From a virus: 64,000 bases of DNA. Position numbers and translations under genes: made by a program. The notes under the pieces are model-generated. The model was not told the origin of the DNA and made no database searches. It saw only the letters and a program-made list of their open reading frames with translations. Shown here piece after piece: positions 54,554 to 64,000 of this stretch (position 1 is its first letter; each line of letters begins with the position of its first letter). The stretch lies in IMG/VR virus record IMGVR_UViG_3300042309_002885, positions 57,926 through 121,925 of that record. One strand, given 5' to 3'.

Positions 54554-56332
54554 TTATACAGGTTGTATGATAGCTCGAGCAATATTTTGTTGTATTTGTT
54601 GTAACGTTACAAAGATACGATCGAGAACACCAACATTGAAAGATTCATTTTCGTAAATATATAAATTTAAATCTGAAAGGCTTGGTAGATATACGGGTGA
54701 AAGACCGATATAAGAACCTGTATAAGGATCATAGGTAAATCTACTTCTACACGCTTTATAAAGTGTTAAGGTATCATATATAAGATATCTAAGTGCATTA
54801 TTAAACACAAGACCAATGCTACTACCGCTGCTTATAGTATTGGTTTGGTATTTTTTAGGTAAATTTATAGGTAAACAGCTCTTGTATACATCGGATACAT
54901 GAAATATTTCTACACTATGTTGATATAGAACTAGACATCTAATCGTATCTGCCACATCAAATTGCATATCGAATATTGGGAAGGGGTCCCCTTCACCTAA
55001 ATTATTGAGAGGTGATGTAATTCTGTCTAATTGTGTTGCAAGACTATCAAGAGAAGGGCTATATACACCTAAATTACCCGTTCTAGCATAACCATTAAAC
55101 GTAGCAATTGGATATCGTGGGTTTGATATTGATCTAAACTGCACTTCTGCGAGTTTTTTATGTCTATACAGTCTGCATATAATGATATCTGAATCGAATG
55201 GTGCAAATTCTATAATATGATTTAGCCCTATACCGCCTTCAACTGGTGCATCGTATATTATACTCCGCTTTGAAGCGTTAACTACTTTTGACCGTGGCAT
55301 TGTAGCGGTGCTACTATTAATGAGACGTTGTAAATCATACACTCTTAATTTAACAACACCATTTTGTATATATAATATAGCATATGCATCATCTTCAAAA
55401 CGCTGACTAGTTGATATGACAGTTGTAATATCTAAATCTTCAACATTAGCGGAAAAAAGCTGGTAAGAGTCACGCACGCCACTAACTTCCAAGATTGGCT
55501 CGCCATTATTTTCTGTAATTGCGCATCTATAATTTTTTCCAAACGTTACATTAGTCAAATCCAGCACTCTATTAGAAAGAGATATATCTATTCTATCAAT
55601 AAATCCAAGCTCACCGCACTCCGCGCTATAATCATAATAGTACATACTAAATTTTGAACCTAGTACATAATATAATAAATTTTCCGCTTTATTAAAGTAT
55701 GTCACCCCATTACCGTGGAGAATATCAACATCTGAGGATAGAGTTGTACCTTGGGTGTCAATAGATCCAGTAAATTTAACACCGTTTGCATAATAACTAA
55801 ATTCATCTTTTGTCGAAAGTGTAACGAAAAAAGTATTACTAGGAGTAGCGGTGTGAGCTTTATAGAGTGGATGCTGTGCAGGTAGAGGTACTCTTACACC
55901 AGGTAATTTTTTTGACGTTAATATATCATCTTGACCTGTAAGGCAGTACACAGTAGAAAGCTTGTCGAACGTTTTGGAATAAACATTAGAAATATCATCA
56001 TTATAAGAGATCATCTTCGAATACAAAAACAAATTATTTTTGTTAAGCTCGTTTAATATGCCATTAAGCTGCTCATAAGTAAGAATAGAGCGTGAGTACG
56101 CTCTGCTAGTATTTCTTAGTACAGTAAGAGGTGTATAATACGTAAAGTTGAAATTATACCGTTTAGTGTGTATTTCCGAAATATAATTTTTATTGCTCGA
56201 CAGCCTTTTTGAATTTGTGGTTAATACATTGCCGGTATATACTATATCATTAACACTATTAAGCATTCCTCTATATACACTACCATCAAGTGTGAATGCA
56301 AGACCATCTGTATATTTAAAATAACTAATCAT
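54554..56332 (-). CDS. Probable baseplate/tail structural protein
   Basis: 592 aa, beta-rich, in the late structural cluster. Confidence 0.55.
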   Translation of the reverse strand: MISYFKYTDGLAFTLDGSVYRGMLNSVNDIVYTGNVLTTNSKRLSSNKNYISEIHTKRYNFNFTYYTPLTVLRNTSRAYSRSILTYEQLNGILNELNKNNLFLYSKMISYNDDISNVYSKTFDKLSTVYCLTGQDDILTSKKLPGVRVPLPAQHPLYKAHTATPSNTFFVTLSTKDEFSYYANGVKFTGSIDTQGTTLSSDVDILHGNGVTYFNKAENLLYYVLGSKFSMYYYDYSAECGELGFIDRIDISLSNRVLDLTNVTFGKNYRCAITENNGEPILEVSGVRDSYQLFSANVEDLDITTVISTSQRFEDDAYAILYIQNGVVKLRVYDLQRLINSSTATMPRSKVVNASKRSIIYDAPVEGGIGLNHIIEFAPFDSDIIICRLYRHKKLAEVQFRSISNPRYPIATFNGYARTGNLGVYSPSLDSLATQLDRITSPLNNLGEGDPFPIFDMQFDVADTIRCLVLYQHSVEIFHVSDVYKSCLPINLPKKYQTNTISSGSSIGLVFNNALRYLIYDTLTLYKACRSRFTYDPYTGSYIGLSPVYLPSLSDLNLYIYENESFNVGVLDRIFVTLQQIQQNIARAIIQPV

Positions 56333-58560
56333 GATACGAAGTTTATTTGGTTAATTGTTTTATTTACAGGTAGTTTATTTGAAATATCAGTATTTATTAT
56401 ATCATAAATATTGCGCAAATGTTGCTCATCTTCAATATTTAAATTATTAATGTTAATATTAAAGGCATTCGACTTACTTTGCGTACTTCCTTGAAGTGAA
56501 TTAATAAAATTAATACTATCGGTATTATTTTTCACACCGCAAGGTAGCGATATATAAAACGGCTCAGTATCTGTACGTGTTTGCTTAACAATATAGGCTT
56601 GAAGCTGAATATCATTGAGCGGCCTTGTCGAAAGAAAGATATTATCAATATAGTTATACTTATATGTTGATGTGTTGTATGGTAGGTTTAGTGTTAATAA
56701 GTTAGCCCCTGTATGATTAATAATAGAGCCATATATAATGTTATCGTAAAAAGCTGGTGTAAACGTATCATAAATAACTCGATTCGTTTGTATATAAACT
56801 TCTAGTGTACCCTTTAAAGAATTAACACTCACTGTAATACGCGGCTGTTTAGCCTTAGGCATTCTTACATAATGCTCTATTATAAGTGGTGGTCCTGTAT
56901 TAATAGAATAAAGCTTTAACGATACATAAAGTGTATCTCTATTAAAGCGTAAATGTATACCACCGTAAACATCATTTACCTGTGAAAAAATACTATAAAA
57001 CTCAGAAGATAGGTAATTTACAACATTAAAGGATAACACAAAACCTTTATTTATGTTTATATTCTTGTAATATGTAGTTCTATTTACTCTATAATAATCA
57101 TCTGTACGATCAAAGGAGAACTTTGAATAATCTACTCTATCATAAGCATAATATGTATTAGGTTCAAATACCATGTTAGATACAGCATCGAAATAGTTAT
57201 TTGTAGCAATAGTACTGCTTAGCAAATAATTTTTATTTATTGTGTTAAGTACATCCGTATTAAGTGTGTTAGGCGGTTGTGCGAGGTTACTGTTTCTAAA
57301 TCTATCCGGGTAATAGTACCTGTCAACCCACACGCTATTTGCTTGATTTATACCACCTGATAGCCAAGTACATAATAAAGCTATAGGTCCTCTCGAAGTA
57401 TAATTTAAAGGGTATATTTTATCAGCTAAAATAGGTGCTGAACCAGCAAAACAACCCTGTTTTGCAAGTGTTGTATCATTTATATTAATTCGATAAAAAG
57501 GTTCAAACGTCTTAGGGGTGATAAAATAATTTATTCCTGGTCTAATAGATATAGATTCATTATATGTTATATAATTAAGATCCAGTCCTGTATCAACATC
57601 CGTTTCAATAGTTGTATATATTGATGTATATGATCTCATTTTAACTTGATCCTCGATCTTGTTTGAAGTTAAGCTAAGATTATTGCCAAATGTATACTGG
57701 TTTCTATCTGTTTGTAAATTTTTAAGTGATATAATATTATTTAGAGCTTCAATACGGCTAAGATTTTTATAAATAAGGTAATTTTGCGGAACACCAAAGG
57801 TTGAAGACTTTCTATCTATATTAAGATCTCTATCACTATATTGAATGTAGTCTGTATTATAGTCTTCTTCGTATTCTATTGCTACATTTATTACTTTGAA
57901 GCTATATTCGGATATAGTTCGTGCATACTTTATGTCAACAGCAGATAAATCCTGTGTATCGCTATTAAAAACTAACTGCTGAGTTATACCCGTGTTTATA
58001 TTATCTTTAAACAATGACAACGAGGTACCATTTAGAGAATATTTAAAAAACTGCGCGCCGCTAGGTGAAAAGACACTACTAAATAAAACGCTTCTACTCA
58101 TAACACCTACAGAGTTATCAAGAGCGAGATAAAAATCACCGAGTTCATCACTATAGGTAATATAGCAATACTTCTTATTAATAAACCGTATTCTAAAGTA
58201 CTCCCATACCGTAGGTTTTTGGGAGAAAAATAACCTATAGGTGTTAAATATATTACGACTCGATGTAATTGCGTAAGAAAAAGTTAAAAATCGCGAACCA
58301 AACATTATCGGAGTAAGTAACTCTTCTGTAAATGGAATTACAAGCTTATCGCTGTTAGTCGCATTTAATATATGGTCGCGGGTTAGGTAAAATAAGCTAG
58401 AGCCCTTTGTAGCGACATCTAAACAGCCCTCAAGAGCGGTGTTAAAGTTAAAATACCCACCACCGTTAAATACTATTTTATCCTGCTGTGTATCAATACC
58501 TCGCAAGCTATAAGAGGTTCTAACAGAACTCAATGTATTAAAATCAACCCTTGTTGCCAT
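56329..58560 (-). CDS. Probable tail/baseplate protein with a C-terminal LamG/ConA-like region
   Basis: FVLSFNV...ITVSVN...LEVYI...YIDNIFLS.RPL pattern; TTAAATA upstream. Confidence 0.5.
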   Translation of the reverse strand: MATRVDFNTLSSVRTSYSLRGIDTQQDKIVFNGGGYFNFNTALEGCLDVATKGSSLFYLTRDHILNATNSDKLVIPFTEELLTPIMFGSRFLTFSYAITSSRNIFNTYRLFFSQKPTVWEYFRIRFINKKYCYITYSDELGDFYLALDNSVGVMSRSVLFSSVFSPSGAQFFKYSLNGTSLSLFKDNINTGITQQLVFNSDTQDLSAVDIKYARTISEYSFKVINVAIEYEEDYNTDYIQYSDRDLNIDRKSSTFGVPQNYLIYKNLSRIEALNNIISLKNLQTDRNQYTFGNNLSLTSNKIEDQVKMRSYTSIYTTIETDVDTGLDLNYITYNESISIRPGINYFITPKTFEPFYRININDTTLAKQGCFAGSAPILADKIYPLNYTSRGPIALLCTWLSGGINQANSVWVDRYYYPDRFRNSNLAQPPNTLNTDVLNTINKNYLLSSTIATNNYFDAVSNMVFEPNTYYAYDRVDYSKFSFDRTDDYYRVNRTTYYKNININKGFVLSFNVVNYLSSEFYSIFSQVNDVYGGIHLRFNRDTLYVSLKLYSINTGPPLIIEHYVRMPKAKQPRITVSVNSLKGTLEVYIQTNRVIYDTFTPAFYDNIIYGSIINHTGANLLTLNLPYNTSTYKYNYIDNIFLSTRPLNDIQLQAYIVKQTRTDTEPFYISLPCGVKNNTDSINFINSLQGSTQSKSNAFNININNLNIEDEQHLRNIYDIINTDISNKLPVNKTINQINFVS

Positions 58561-58568
58561 ATAATTAT

Positions 58569-59108
58569 TTAATTTAGAGTAGACATATCAAGTGCCGTTT
58601 CAATAACATAGCTACCTATTTCAGTACCGAGAGTGAACATAACCGTCTCTCTTGGTATAATATTAGTTTGTAATAAGATCACATCACCGACTTTTTTATA
58701 ATAGGAAGGAGATATAATTTTTATTGGAATAATAAACTTTGTTGTTGAGTCAGTAATTAAATGATCAATCGATATATAACATGATAGTATTTTAGTAAGG
58801 CAATTTTGTGAGGTGGCATACGTATGACTGTATTTATTTAATAAAATGTCGTATTGCTGTATGTTCTGTGCTTGAGTTATAGCATTAATTGCGTTATTCT
58901 TAAGAAGAGAAGCAGAAAAATTACAACCTTCAACAAGAGGGTCGCTTTCATCACCCCACTGTATATTTAAAAACAACGGCGGATCATCTCGACACTCAAC
59001 ATTATATAAATCAATAATTAATTGAGTTATATCAGTTAGGATGAGCTCATTTAATTGATATACACCGCCTGCAGAACTTGATGATAAATTAACGGTTACA
59101 GTTTTCAT
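58569..59108 (-). CDS. Probable structural protein with a PKD-like motif
   Basis: LNIQWGDES...YSHTY. Confidence 0.5.
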   Translation of the reverse strand: MKTVTVNLSSSSAGGVYQLNELILTDITQLIIDLYNVECRDDPPLFLNIQWGDESDPLVEGCNFSASLLKNNAINAITQAQNIQQYDILLNKYSHTYATSQNCLTKILSCYISIDHLITDSTTKFIIPIKIISPSYYKKVGDVILLQTNIIPRETVMFTLGTEIGSYVIETALDMSTLN

Positions 59109-62100
59109 AAAATTAAACAGGTATCTGTAAAGAGAGGTGTGTTAGAGGATAATAGAGTGGTAAATGACCTTGTTGGCGGTGGAGTTGTAGGTGCGCTATA
59201 GTGTTCAGACTCAACAAACATAACTGTACTGCTACTCTTAGTAATTTTAGTAGTTACTGCTTCACTAAAAGATATAAAATTGCTGTGACTAAACATAATA
59301 CTTACGATAGATGGAGATTTATTTTGATCCTTTAACAAATAAGACAAATTAATTTTGTTTGTTCTCCTAGAAAAGCAAATACGCGGTGAAGCTACCTCTG
59401 TAAAGACCACGTCCTCATCTGTCACGTTGAGCCTTTCGTCTATTTCAGGTACATCAGGCCTTGGGTATAGTAGGTGCAGTTTGTTTGTATTAATATTGTA
59501 TCTATATACATAAGGCATAATGTACATTTCTCGTATTTCAGGGGTAACTAATCTTTTTGTTATAGTAAAATATACATAGTTATCAATTTTAAACCTATTA
59601 CTAATTTTGTTAAAGGCATCATTATTATATTTGAGTACATTTTTAGTAGTGGTTGATTTTACAAATCTACCAGACTTATAATTGATTTTATCAATAATAA
59701 GATAGTTATTTGTTTGTATAAAATACTTATCATATAATACATCAAAATTGTGTATGCCGGAGAGTTCGTCAAAAACCGTTATACCGTATCGCTGCTTATT
59801 AAATTTTAAATCCATCAATCTACCTGTACGGCCATAGTTATTAGTAATTAATAGATACCCTGTTGTTTTCTTTCTCTTAATAATTGATGCTGGTGTAGCT
59901 GATATAGCTGTAAATTCTGTTGTTGAGGTTGTAGACGATATATTAAAAATATTTGTATCTGTTGCGTGTATGATTTTATCGTTATTAATATTATAGTTGG
60001 TATAAAACATACCACAATCTACATCTAATACATCTCCACTATTACTTAGAAACAAGCTTTCAGTAAAAATAGCTGTCGTAGCTTGGGTTACTGCGTCAGT
60101 ATTATCGAGAAGAGGGCGTTGATAGGGTGATGAGCTATGGGTACCAGCTTCAAATAGCTCTGCATAATAATAATAACCGTCTATAGGAAACGCAGAGAGG
60201 TCTGAACTCATATAGTCATCTACCGAACCTGTATAGAGGTTACTAAATACACCGCAACTAATTTCTTCTGCGCTAATTGGCATAAAATATTGAGTTGTTA
60301 TGCTTATAGGTTGTTTTGTGGGTATAAAAGAATATTCTTCCTGTAATTTACCAAAATTTAAGGTAGTGTAGCGTTTATTATTAGCTGTTAGTGTCGCTGT
60401 CTGCGTTGTAATGCCAGTCTGTAATATATTTCCAATGTAACCTGTTAAATTGTAGTTATAAGAACTACCACTATTAAAAATTATGTCATATAAAACGTAA
60501 CCATTAACATTAACATACTCTCGTATATCTGACGGTAGAGTTGTTATGTTTTGTTTGTAGTGGTCGCTAGGCTTGACGAGTGTATACGTATTACCAAAAA
60601 CATCCTCTTTGCTATCAGCAACATACCCACCACTTAACAGTGAAATAAATCTCGATCCGACGTTTTGTTTGTTGAGAGATGTATATCCATTAAAAAGAAT
60701 ACTAGTATCAGTAGTGTTGGGTAGATTTTTTAAATAACCAAAATCTATTCCTTTCTTGAACGATGTATTATCAACATCAAACAGTAAGGCGGTTGTTTCG
60801 CTACCGTATTTGTATGGATCAGGAAAATAATATGGCTTGCTCGTTTCAACTGCCGGTACATTTAAATAGAACGTATATTGACCTGGATCAACAATAGTTA
60901 GAGATACCTTAGATGGCTTAAAGAATCCTACTGATTCTTTTGTACTAAATTGTTGTGTTTCGTTTGTTGCAATAGTTGGGTAGTTGCGATTTAAAAAATT
61001 AGCCGCTGGAGCCTCAGCGGTAATTGCTTTATCAAACATTAACTGCGTACCTGCATATCGTGCTTCAGGTGATAATTCTTGTAAATACTCTTCCTCTTCT
61101 ATTTCTCTCGTAAGTCGTTCAGGTAGCTCCCTCAATACATCTTCAGATTCTACCAACCTTATTGAAGGATCTAACTCTTGCTGTTGACTTATTAATTTAA
61201 GTCTAATATTTTGCTCATCACTAGCTTCTTTTGTTAGAATATTAAAGACGCCATTATCGTAGAATGCATAAAATTCATCTAAAAGAGGACCAGCTAGACT
61301 CTTACGGTATAGCGATGCTGTAATTTTATATTTTGAGTACGGTACATTGACAGGTAGGTATATGTAACCAAATTGTTGCGCGACGTTTTTATCTTGTACT
61401 ATACCTGTACCATTAACATTCCATATTATTTTATCGAACGACAAAATATGTTTTGAATTTGTACCAATCGACAGTCTTGCTGTGACTGTTGCTTTATTTG
61501 CGCTAGGCCCGTATGTTACTGTGGTTGAAATACCATTAAGCTTTCTAAAATTAGTAGAGCTTGTTATCGGTATTAATCTATGATTACCGTTTTGCTCAAA
61601 TACACCTACACTATAACGTAATCTTGATCTTAATGTTCGTCTTTGAGCGTAAAAAGTACCATCTTCACGCTCAAACAGATAAATGAATACGGGGTAAAAA
61701 TCTGTATTGTTGACAGCGCTGTATCTATGACCTGTATAACTATATTGAGTTCTAACGTTCTCTTGAAGCGGGTTAACAGCTACAGGTACAACATCATATC
61801 TACCATCATCGAAGTCGCATAAAATAAGCTTTAAATCGGGTAGATGTTTAAAATAAAACCGCGTCGTTACAGGCAATGTACTCGACGCCGCAGGTATAGC
61901 GCATATATCATAAAGAGAATCACTCTCAATTTCATTGAGAGTGATTATATCGGTACCTGCAATTCCCTCACCCTCTTCAAGAAGCGCATCAATACCTACC
62001 TTATCTGTAATATTTTTACTTACGCTTATATTGCCGATGTTCTGTATGCTTCTACCACTGTTTAATCTAAAAGCAAGACGGTCTTGCTCGTTGCGATACG

Positions 62101-62815
62101 CTATTGTTACTGAAGCACGTATTTGTTCACTTTCTGGTAGTAGTGGATAAATAGTAGAAACCGTTGGTACGTTTGTTACAGAATTGTAGGCAACAGTATA
62201 TTCGGTATTATTGTTAAACTTCCAATGTATATATTCAATATCTGTTCTACCAGTTAGGTTCTGTATACTAAATGCGGCAGTAAACGGAAGGTCAGCGGAA
62301 ACAGATGTGGTGTAATTAGTTGTTATGATAGGAAAGGTTTTGCCGCTGTTAATCGTAGGAGTGTAGTATTCTGATAATGTATCCCAGTAATTAACATATG
62401 GCGCTCTACGCGAAGGTATTGTAATTTTAGTGGGTGCTCCTTCATAGACGGTGCCGTTTTCATCAACCAAAACACACATTATACGGTATGTACCAGGATT
62501 TTTATATGAATAAGTACCAGTAAATTTAGGAACTGTAACACCAGCATTGCTCGTTGTATCGTCGCCCCAGTTGGGTAAAAAACTTGTATATCCTGAAACA
62601 GCACTAACCATAGAGTCATACTTATCTTGAGCAGTTGGTTCAAGATAGTACGGTGTTTTCGTTTCACCGAAGTAAAAAATACACAGTTTTATACTACCAT
62701 TCCTTGGAAAGAGCATGCCTGCATACACTGTTATTGTTTGTGTATTAGGATTTAATACTACTCTATGTAGCGGGTATGGTAATATAAGACCGTTAGAGGT
62801 TGTAGATTCTGCCAT
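59105..62815 (-). CDS. Large structural protein with PKD/Ig-like repeats (baseplate/tail)
   Basis: 1236 aa; NWGD..YSYKNPGTY, HWKFNNN, CDFDDG, IWNVNG motifs; AATAAATA upstream. Confidence 0.6.
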   Translation of the reverse strand: MAESTTSNGLILPYPLHRVVLNPNTQTITVYAGMLFPRNGSIKLCIFYFGETKTPYYLEPTAQDKYDSMVSAVSGYTSFLPNWGDDTTSNAGVTVPKFTGTYSYKNPGTYRIMCVLVDENGTVYEGAPTKITIPSRRAPYVNYWDTLSEYYTPTINSGKTFPIITTNYTTSVSADLPFTAAFSIQNLTGRTDIEYIHWKFNNNTEYTVAYNSVTNVPTVSTIYPLLPESEQIRASVTIAYRNEQDRLAFRLNSGRSIQNIGNISVSKNITDKVGIDALLEEGEGIAGTDIITLNEIESDSLYDICAIPAASSTLPVTTRFYFKHLPDLKLILCDFDDGRYDVVPVAVNPLQENVRTQYSYTGHRYSAVNNTDFYPVFIYLFEREDGTFYAQRRTLRSRLRYSVGVFEQNGNHRLIPITSSTNFRKLNGISTTVTYGPSANKATVTARLSIGTNSKHILSFDKIIWNVNGTGIVQDKNVAQQFGYIYLPVNVPYSKYKITASLYRKSLAGPLLDEFYAFYDNGVFNILTKEASDEQNIRLKLISQQQELDPSIRLVESEDVLRELPERLTREIEEEEYLQELSPEARYAGTQLMFDKAITAEAPAANFLNRNYPTIATNETQQFSTKESVGFFKPSKVSLTIVDPGQYTFYLNVPAVETSKPYYFPDPYKYGSETTALLFDVDNTSFKKGIDFGYLKNLPNTTDTSILFNGYTSLNKQNVGSRFISLLSGGYVADSKEDVFGNTYTLVKPSDHYKQNITTLPSDIREYVNVNGYVLYDIIFNSGSSYNYNLTGYIGNILQTGITTQTATLTANNKRYTTLNFGKLQEEYSFIPTKQPISITTQYFMPISAEEISCGVFSNLYTGSVDDYMSSDLSAFPIDGYYYYAELFEAGTHSSSPYQRPLLDNTDAVTQATTAIFTESLFLSNSGDVLDVDCGMFYTNYNINNDKIIHATDTNIFNISSTTSTTEFTAISATPASIIKRKKTTGYLLITNNYGRTGRLMDLKFNKQRYGITVFDELSGIHNFDVLYDKYFIQTNNYLIIDKINYKSGRFVKSTTTKNVLKYNNDAFNKISNRFKIDNYVYFTITKRLVTPEIREMYIMPYVYRYNINTNKLHLLYPRPDVPEIDERLNVTDEDVVFTEVASPRICFSRRTNKINLSYLLKDQNKSPSIVSIMFSHSNFISFSEAVTTKITKSSSTVMFVESEHYSAPTTPPPTRSFTTLLSSNTPLFTDTCLIL

Positions 62816-62866
62816 CTACTTATATTTATTCGAGTATTGTTGTTTGTGTTAGATAGGTAGATAGCT

Positions 62867-64000
62867 TTACGGTCCACCGTTTTCAAGATGTTTCTTAATT
62901 TGTGCATCTGTCCATCTATAGCCTTTATCTTGCTGCCTTCTAGGTGGTACAGCAATATGTATGGATGTACCTTGTATCGTGCAATTTCCTTTTTTACCCC
63001 CCTGCATTTTTTCTTCCGGTTTATACATATTTTCGTATTCAAGCGATACGCTAAATTGTATTGGTATGCTAGTTTCACGTGTACCGATACAATTGCTTCG
63101 CTCCACGCCACCTACTCGAGCAAGATATGCTGTTTGTATGATGTTTTGTGCTCCGGTACCAAAAGATCCGTCAAAAGGTTTAGGAGCTCTTCCTGTAATC
63201 GTAAGCTTTGCATTCTTATATGTATATGAGCATTTTGCTTTTGACTCAACGGTTTGATCGTGTGGATTTGTTCTTAAATTTAAATTAAATTCGTAACCGA
63301 TAGTACCAGGATTAACATCAACACGAATACCGTTATGCGCTAAATACATCTGACACGGATTACATGTTGTTTCAGGTGTCGGGTCTGCATTTACTTTATC
63401 TCTAACACCCGCATCAAAGCATTCAGTTGCGCAAAAACCCATTGTTTTAAAAGAACCACCACTACCGTTGGCTCGTGTACAAGCTGAATCACCGTCACAA
63501 TTCCAAGATCTAGTACATAATGCCTGACAGGAGCCAATATCAGGGTAATTTTCGTTTTGACATTGCTGTTGATTCCAGTCAACGACACAAACCATACCTG
63601 TACATCTATAAAATGGTATACAGTTTTGCTTACAAAGCTCTTCACTTCCGTATCTACCGAGGAAAAAATCATCTGTACCCGGGCCTCTAATTAATGAATC
63701 AAGAACTTTTATTTCCTTACATGTACCCTTAAAACACGTCCATTCAGTCGCAGGGTTAGCACCAATTTTACCACCAGAAGCACCGCCTAAGCCACCGTTA
63801 CCTACGTCGCTAATATCAGGCGGCGCTGGTACATCTATTAAAGGTGCAGCAGGGTCTTCTGGTGCTACAGGGTCTTCTGGGTCAACAGGTGGTTCGTCTG
63901 GGTCAACAGGTGGTTCGTCTGGGTCAACAGGTGGTTCGTCTGGGTCAACAGGTGGTTCGTCTGGGTCAACAGGTGGTTCGTCTGGGTCAACAGGTGGTTC
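62867..64000 (-). CDS. Pro/Asp-repeat and Cys-motif protein, 5' end outside the window
   Basis: The frame of track ORF 62867..63595 stays open to 64000 (checked codon by codon): (EPPVDPD)n...WTCFKGTC...CKQNC... Confidence 0.75.
   Translation of the reverse strand, partial: EPPVDPDEPPVDPDEPPVDPDEPPVDPDEPPVDPDEPPVDPEDPVAPEDPAAPLIDVPAPPDISDVGNGGLGGASGGKIGANPATEWTCFKGTCKEIKVLDSLIRGPGTDDFFLGRYGSEELCKQNCIPFYRCTGMVCVVDWNQQQCQNENYPDIGSCQALCTRSWNCDGDSACTRANGSGGSFKTMGFCATECFDAGVRDKVNADPTPETTCNPCQMYLAHNGIRVDVNPGTIGYEFNLNLRTNPHDQTVESKAKCSYTYKNAKLTITGRAPKPFDGSFGTGAQNIIQTAYLARVGGVERSNCIGTRETSIPIQFSVSLEYENMYKPEEKMQGGKKGNCTIQGTSIHIAVPPRRQQDKGYRWTDAQIKKHLENGGP
63875..64000 (-). repeat. 21-bp tandem repeat encoding EPPVDPD
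   Basis: gaaccacctgttgacccagac: five perfect copies plus one variant, running off the window edge. Confidence 0.95.

Noticed and set aside
63875-64000. 21-bp repeats as a CRISPR array or replication iterons
   Set aside because: Head-to-tail with no spacers, a multiple of 3, and inside an open frame encoding EPPVDPD
1-64000. Stop-codon reassignment (TAG or TGA recoding)
   Set aside because: Core genes (43, 41, 46, 47, uvsX, uvsW) are full length in the standard code, and TAA, TAG and TGA all end genes
1-64000. tRNA, rRNA, integrase or transposase genes
   Set aside because: Intergenic gaps are nearly all too short, the few longer ones show no cloverleaf, and no recombinase or transposase motifs were seen

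Overview
This AT-rich 64 kb window is part of a large T4-superfamily (myovirus-like) bacteriophage genome, read with the standard genetic code. It holds: (i) a minus-strand block of ten consecutive glycosyltransferase-like genes (2.3-10.3 kb), one fused to a methyltransferase; (ii) a dispersed 7-deazaguanine pathway (folE, queD, queE, queC and a stand-alone class II glutamine amidotransferase) with no dpdA/TGT-like gene in the window; (iii) a late-promoter block (13.9-21.7 kb) of proteins whose N-termini resemble the T4 capsid-targeting sequence, including an aspartic protease, an HxGH nucleotidyltransferase and a Pol-beta-NTase/ligase-like fusion; (iv) a T4-type replication/recombination core (uvsY, uvsW, 55, 47, 46, 43, uvsX, 41, 32, 45, rnh, 61, plus 62-like); (v) a minus-strand virion tail/fibre region (46-64 kb) with mucin-like Thr-rich proteins, a 14-residue Trp/Ser/Thr repeat fibre and a Pro/Asp repeat protein cut by the window edge. 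Sigma70-like and T4-late-like promoters sit so close to start codons that many mRNAs look leaderless. I found no tRNA, rRNA, CRISPR array, integrase or reverse transcriptase. All family calls come from motif recognition by eye, not from database searches.
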